Shown: piece after piece, positions 60,303 through 64,000 of the stretch
Layout: every line of letters starts with the position of its first letter
Numbering within the stretch: the stretch's first letter is position 1
Assembly: GCA_963733035.1 (NCBI GenBank)
Contig: CAVTBU010000006.1
Coordinates: 736,001-800,000 of the forward strand
Length of the DNA stretch: 64,000 nt
Source of the DNA: Pirellulales bacterium
GTDB lineage: Bacteria > Planctomycetota > Planctomycetia > Pirellulales > PALSA-1355
Direction: 5' to 3'
Notes under the pieces: generated by a model
The model's input: only the letters and a program-made list of their open reading frames with translations
Told to the model about the DNA's origin: nothing
Databases searched by the model: none
Made by a program: the position numbers and the translations under genes

Positions 60303-61852
60303 CTATTCGCATGCTGGCGGAATTGCATCTTCCGTCTTCCATACATCCGGAAGAAGCTGCGAAAGCTCTTCCTTGGACGTACCGATCTTCGCTAGGACGC
60401 TGGTGAGGTAGCGCTGCGGATCAACGCTGGTGGCGTTCGCAACTGGCGATCAGCGACCAGAGCCGGGCATGGTTCTCGGCGGCCGCATCGTTGCCAGCGA
60501 AGAGCCAGTTCTTGCGGCCGATGGCCACACGCTTGAGCGCCCGCTCGCTGGCGTTGTTGTCGATGTTGAGGAAGCCTTGCGTGGTGTACGTCGTGAGCGC
60601 CTGCCACTGGTTCTGGGAGTAGGTGATCGCCGTGGCCATTGGGCTGCGGAGTAGCACGACTTCTTGTTCGGCGTCGAGCCACGTCTTGATGCGCGCGAGC
60701 ACCGGCAGGCTCCGCTCATGGCGTAGCGTAAGCCGTGTGGCGGCATCGGCGTCCTTCGCTTCTCGCTCGATCGACGTACAACTCTCCGATGAGCGTCAGC
60801 ATCTGCGTCGCGCGTTGACTATCGCTAGTCCTGCGACATCGTAGAACTTGCGGCGCGCATGGGCCCAGCAGGCGACTTCCGTCACGCTCTGCGAGTGATA
60901 GATTCCGTCGTAACCGCCGTAAGCGTCGGCTTGCAAGTAGCCAGTGAAGTTCTTCAACCACTTCGCCGGGCCGTCCCGCGAGCGACTCGGCGTGTAGTCG
61001 TACACGGTGTACGGGTTGGCATCGTCGCCCAGGTAGCACCAAATGCGCCCCTTGCGGCATTGCTTCTGGCCGGCCGACTGGACTGGCACGGTCGTGTCGT
61101 CGGTATGAATCACGCGAGATTGGCGGACGCGCTCAATCATCAGATCGACCAGCGGCGCGACCAAATCTCCGGCGCAGCGCATCGAGGCGCACATCGTGCT
61201 GCGGGCGATGTGCACCGTCTGACGCTCGAAGATGCGTTCGAGCCGGTAGAGCGGCAAATGGTCGCCCAGCTTGCTCAGTAATGACGTACGCCAAGAGGCT
61301 CGGTCCCGGCAGGCCCTTGTTGATCGGCTGTTGCGGCTTCTCTGCGACTGCAATGTGCGGGTTGTAGCCATCGCCGTCGCACTTGCTGCAAGCATACTTG
61401 TGCCGGATGTGCTTCAAGACTTTGAAGCCGGCCGGGAAGTATTCGAGTTGCTCGCTGATCTCAGCCCCGATCCGACCGCGCTCGTTGCCGCACGCAGGGC
61501 ACGCCTTCTCCTCAAGGTCGTGCTCGATCTCGATCCGTTCTAGGTGCTCCGGCAACTGCTGCCGGCCGTGTTGGTCACGGTTGCGAACGCGACGGGTAAC
61601 GAGCGGTTCGCCAGCCTCATCTCAATGCTCGCCTGGTCAAGCCGAGCGCTTCGATGCGCTGGCCGAACAGCAGCAGTTGCCGCGGTCGAACGACTCGCTG
61701 CGCGGGCCGTAGTAACGGCGAAACAAGGCCGCGATCGCCGCCTGATGCTCGGCCTTGAGGCGTTCAATCTCAACCGCCGATCGTTCCTGAAGTTCGGCGA
61801 TGATCCGCTTCAATGCTTCCACATCGTTCGGCAGTTCATCGGTGTGCGTCAT
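60303..61852 (-). pseudogene. tnpC: IS66 transposase TnpC (fragmented across frames)
   Basis: Starts MTHTDELPND at 61852; Zn finger CPACG...CSKC; DDE core; ends DPQRYLTSVLAKIG...LLPDVW...CE* at 60303. Confidence 0.88.
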
Positions 61853-61904
61853 CGACTTGTTGTAGCGGCTACCTGCCGGTCGCGCCAGTCCAAGTCGCGA
61901 TGAA

Positions 61905-62230
61905 TCAAGCCACGCGATTCGATTTGACGTTGAGCCCCGACAGCAATCTCAGCAGTTGCTCTGGGCTGATCTCGATCGCCGGCTTGCCCGTGCGTGGGAA
62001 TTGAAACTCGCCTCGCTCCAGCCGCTTGTAGTAGATCGCCAGACCGTCGCGGTCCCACCACAGAATCTTCACCAGGTGGCCGCCGCGGTTGCGGAACACG
62101 AACAGGCTGCCGGACAGCGGATCGTGGCCGAGAAACTCGCGCACCACTTCGGCCAGCCGTCAAACTCTTCCGCATGTCGATCGGCGTGGTGGCGACCAGA
62201 CCTGCACGTTCGGCAGGTCCGCGGCAACAT
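61905..62230 (-). pseudogene. tnpB: IS66 accessory protein TnpB (5' part frameshifted)
   Basis: VREFLGHDPLSGSLFVFRNRGGHLVKILWWDRDGLAIYYKRLERGEF. Confidence 0.85.
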
Positions 62231-62517
62231 CGCCGCCTCGCGTCGCAGGGCGATGACCAGATCGGCAAGTTGCTCCGTTGCGCTCGGGCCGACGGCCGCA
62301 ACACGCAGCCGCCGGCAAGTCGATCGCATGACGATCGCTGCGTGGCTGAGCCGTCATAACGGCGGCACAACGCTGGCCCGGAGTCGCCGTGGTGCTCCGC
62401 TCGCAATCGTGCGCAGGCGTAGAGCGGACTAGTCAGGTGGCTTGCAAATGCGGACATAACGCTCGCGAAAACGCTGAGCACAGCAGATCTTTCGCCGGAT
62501 CGGTCGAGCTTCGCCAT
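62225..62517 (-). pseudogene. IS66 TnpA-like HTH protein, heavily corrupted
   Basis: Position upstream of tnpB; remnants resembling DPAK, VRAFCK and YAWR are scattered over frames. Confidence 0.5.
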
Positions 62518-62585
62518 AGCTGCTCTTGGGTTGGCAAAAAGAAGCTTACGCGTAACGCGAGAAGAAGATGCGTCAGGAAGGAAGG

Positions 62586-63268
62586 CTAGTTGTCGCGGCG
62601 TCGTTCAGGACGACGATAGGTGACGCGGAATCGGCGGACCGGCGGGGTCTCGTCGTCGAAGTAGTCTTCGAACGAGGCGATTTCGAGGCCCGCCTCGCCG
62701 AGCGAGACGAGTTCTTCGCGCGTCAGGGGCCACGGCATGTTGCCGCGCGGTTCCGTGGCGTCGCGGCCTCGAGCAACGACCAGCAACTGACCGCCGGGGG
62801 CCAGAAATGCGGCCAGGTTCCTGCAGGCCTTGGCGCCAACTCCGCCGGCAACACTTGCAGGGTGTAGGCTTCCAACACGAAGTCGAACGCTCCCCGCCAG
62901 GCGGCCGGCGGATTCAGCAGATCGGCCGCGCCGTATTCGACGGTTGACTGCGGAAACCTGCGACGGCACCACTGGATGGCCGTCGCCGACACATCAAACG
63001 CGGTGACCGCCAGTCCGAGTTGTGCAAGCGCCTCGGCGTCGTCTCCCAAGCCGCAGCCGACGACCAGCGTGCGCTGGCCAAGCTCGGCCAGCGGCCGTGC
63101 CTCGAGCCAGCGCGCGAGATTGGGATTCATCGCTCCGTCGGCCCAGGGAATGGCCGAAGCATTGCCCTCGGCCGCGCGATAGAGCTTGTCGAACCAGGCG
63201 ATCGCGTCGCCCTGGGCCAGCGCCTCGGCGGCCAATCGCCGGGCGTCGGAACGGTCAGGCTCGGTCAT
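62586..63268 (-). CDS. Class I SAM methyltransferase (thiopurine-methyltransferase-like); apparent frameshift at ~62836
   Basis: WFDKLY...IPWAD; VVGCGLGDDAE; FDVSATAI; LAPGGQLLV...PWPLTREEL in the second frame. Confidence 0.85.
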
Positions 63269-63377
63269 GGCGTGGCCCTCGCCGCAAGTCAGTTTGAGCG
63301 CACCGCGATCGTTCGTTGCACAAACGAGCTCCCCGGCAAAGCCGGGGGCTGAAAGTCGCTACCGCTTGCTCGCTGGT

Positions 63378-63689
63378 TCAACTGGCCGAGATCTTCTCGA
63401 TCTGCACCTTGGTGAACAGCTGGCGATGGCCCGTGCGGCGGCGAAAGGTCTTGCGGCGGCGAAACTTCTGCACGGTGAGCTTGGGACCCTGCGTCACGCC
63501 CAACACCTTGGCCGTGACCTTGGCTCCCTCGAGCGGCGAGCCGAGATCAAGCTGCGTGCCGTTGGAAAACGCAATCACGTTGCCAAACTCGAGGGCATCG
63601 CCGCTGGAGGCATCGCGATAGTCGATGACCAATTGCTGGCCTTCGGTCACTTTGTATTGACGTCCGCCGTCGACAATGATTGCGTACAT
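63378..63689 (-). CDS. rplU: 50S ribosomal protein L21
   Basis: MYAIIVDGGRQYKVTEG...KFRRRKTFRRRTGHRQLFT. Confidence 0.96.
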   Translation of the reverse strand: MYAIIVDGGRQYKVTEGQQLVIDYRDASSGDALEFGNVIAFSNGTQLDLGSPLEGAKVTAKVLGVTQGPKLTVQKFRRRKTFRRRTGHRQLFTKVQIEKISAS

Positions 63690-63890
63690 GGCTGGTTTCC
63701 GCCGCTCGTATTTTGAAGTCGTGTATTTTCTTGTATCGGCCCCGTGTGCCAGCAAGCCAAACGTGCTCTAGGTTGCCGACAAGCAGGCAAACTCGGGAAC
63801 CGGGAATCAAGCGGTGTCCGCCAAAAGGACGGACTTGGCCACTCGGCAAGCCCTTCAGTTTAGCGGGGCCTGGGGACTTGGTCGAGAGGG

Positions 63891-64000
63891 TTATCCCAAC
63901 GGAATTTTCAGCTCCCGCCCCTGGTTGTCGTGGCACTCGATGATCAGGTGCTCGGGCGCGGCGTCCTCGGTCCCGAAGATCTGCACCCACATCTGGTTGT
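63891..64000 (-). CDS. C-terminal fragment of an upstream gene, possibly an Rne/Rng ribonuclease
   Basis: Open frame NQMWVQIFGTEDAAPEHLIIECHDNQGRELKIPLG*. The identity rests only on the common rne/rng-rplU gene order. Confidence 0.4.
   Translation of the reverse strand, partial: NQMWVQIFGTEDAAPEHLIIECHDNQGRELKIPLG

Larger units (their letters stand above)
60303..62517 (-). mobile_element. IS66-family element (tnpA-tnpB-tnpC), multiply frameshifted; terminal inverted repeats not found
   Basis: TnpC fragments: [55 protein letters not shown]. TnpB: DMRKS...LFVFRNR...KILWWDRDG...YKRLERG. Confidence 0.92.

Noticed and set aside
62540..62560. gcttac as the IS66 left terminal repeat (GTAAGC on the minus strand)
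   Set aside because: No matching inverted copy or target-site duplication near the other end (~60240-60300)

Overview
High-GC (about 60-65%) bacterial chromosomal segment, most likely a planctomycete. This is inferred from the DUF1501, DUF1080 and LRR proteins, the BlaI/M56 module, many twin-arginine signal peptides, csrA and a planctomycete-style REP-like palindrome. About 50 genes are supported. They include a GNAT-nitrilase fusion, Ada/AlkA-Ogt alkylation repair, secreted hydrolases, a Cfa-like methyltransferase plus GGR-like reductase pair, a candidate sigma54-driven PRC-barrel/CsbD unit, a membrane Ser/Thr kinase, and a phosphonate-catabolism cluster (MFS, PhnZ-like, PhnX-like, FAD oxidoreductase). 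Further along are purU, an ABC exporter, an OPT transporter with an S46 peptidase, a Gfo/Idh/MocA-DUF1080 pair, a PadR/membrane-protein module, an AT-rich orphan P-loop NTPase, class II nrdJ with tandem NrdR boxes, a BlaI repressor with a ~1470-aa BlaR1(M56)-double-LRR receptor, a damaged IS66 element and rplU. Six otherwise intact genes carry single 1-2 nt indels and the IS66 carries many, which points to long-read consensus errors rather than real pseudogenes. No rRNA, tRNA or CRISPR array was seen. The most notable candidates are the BlaI/M56-LRR receptor with its visible operator, the Cfa+GGR lipid-methylation pair, the phosphonate cluster and the orphan NTPase.
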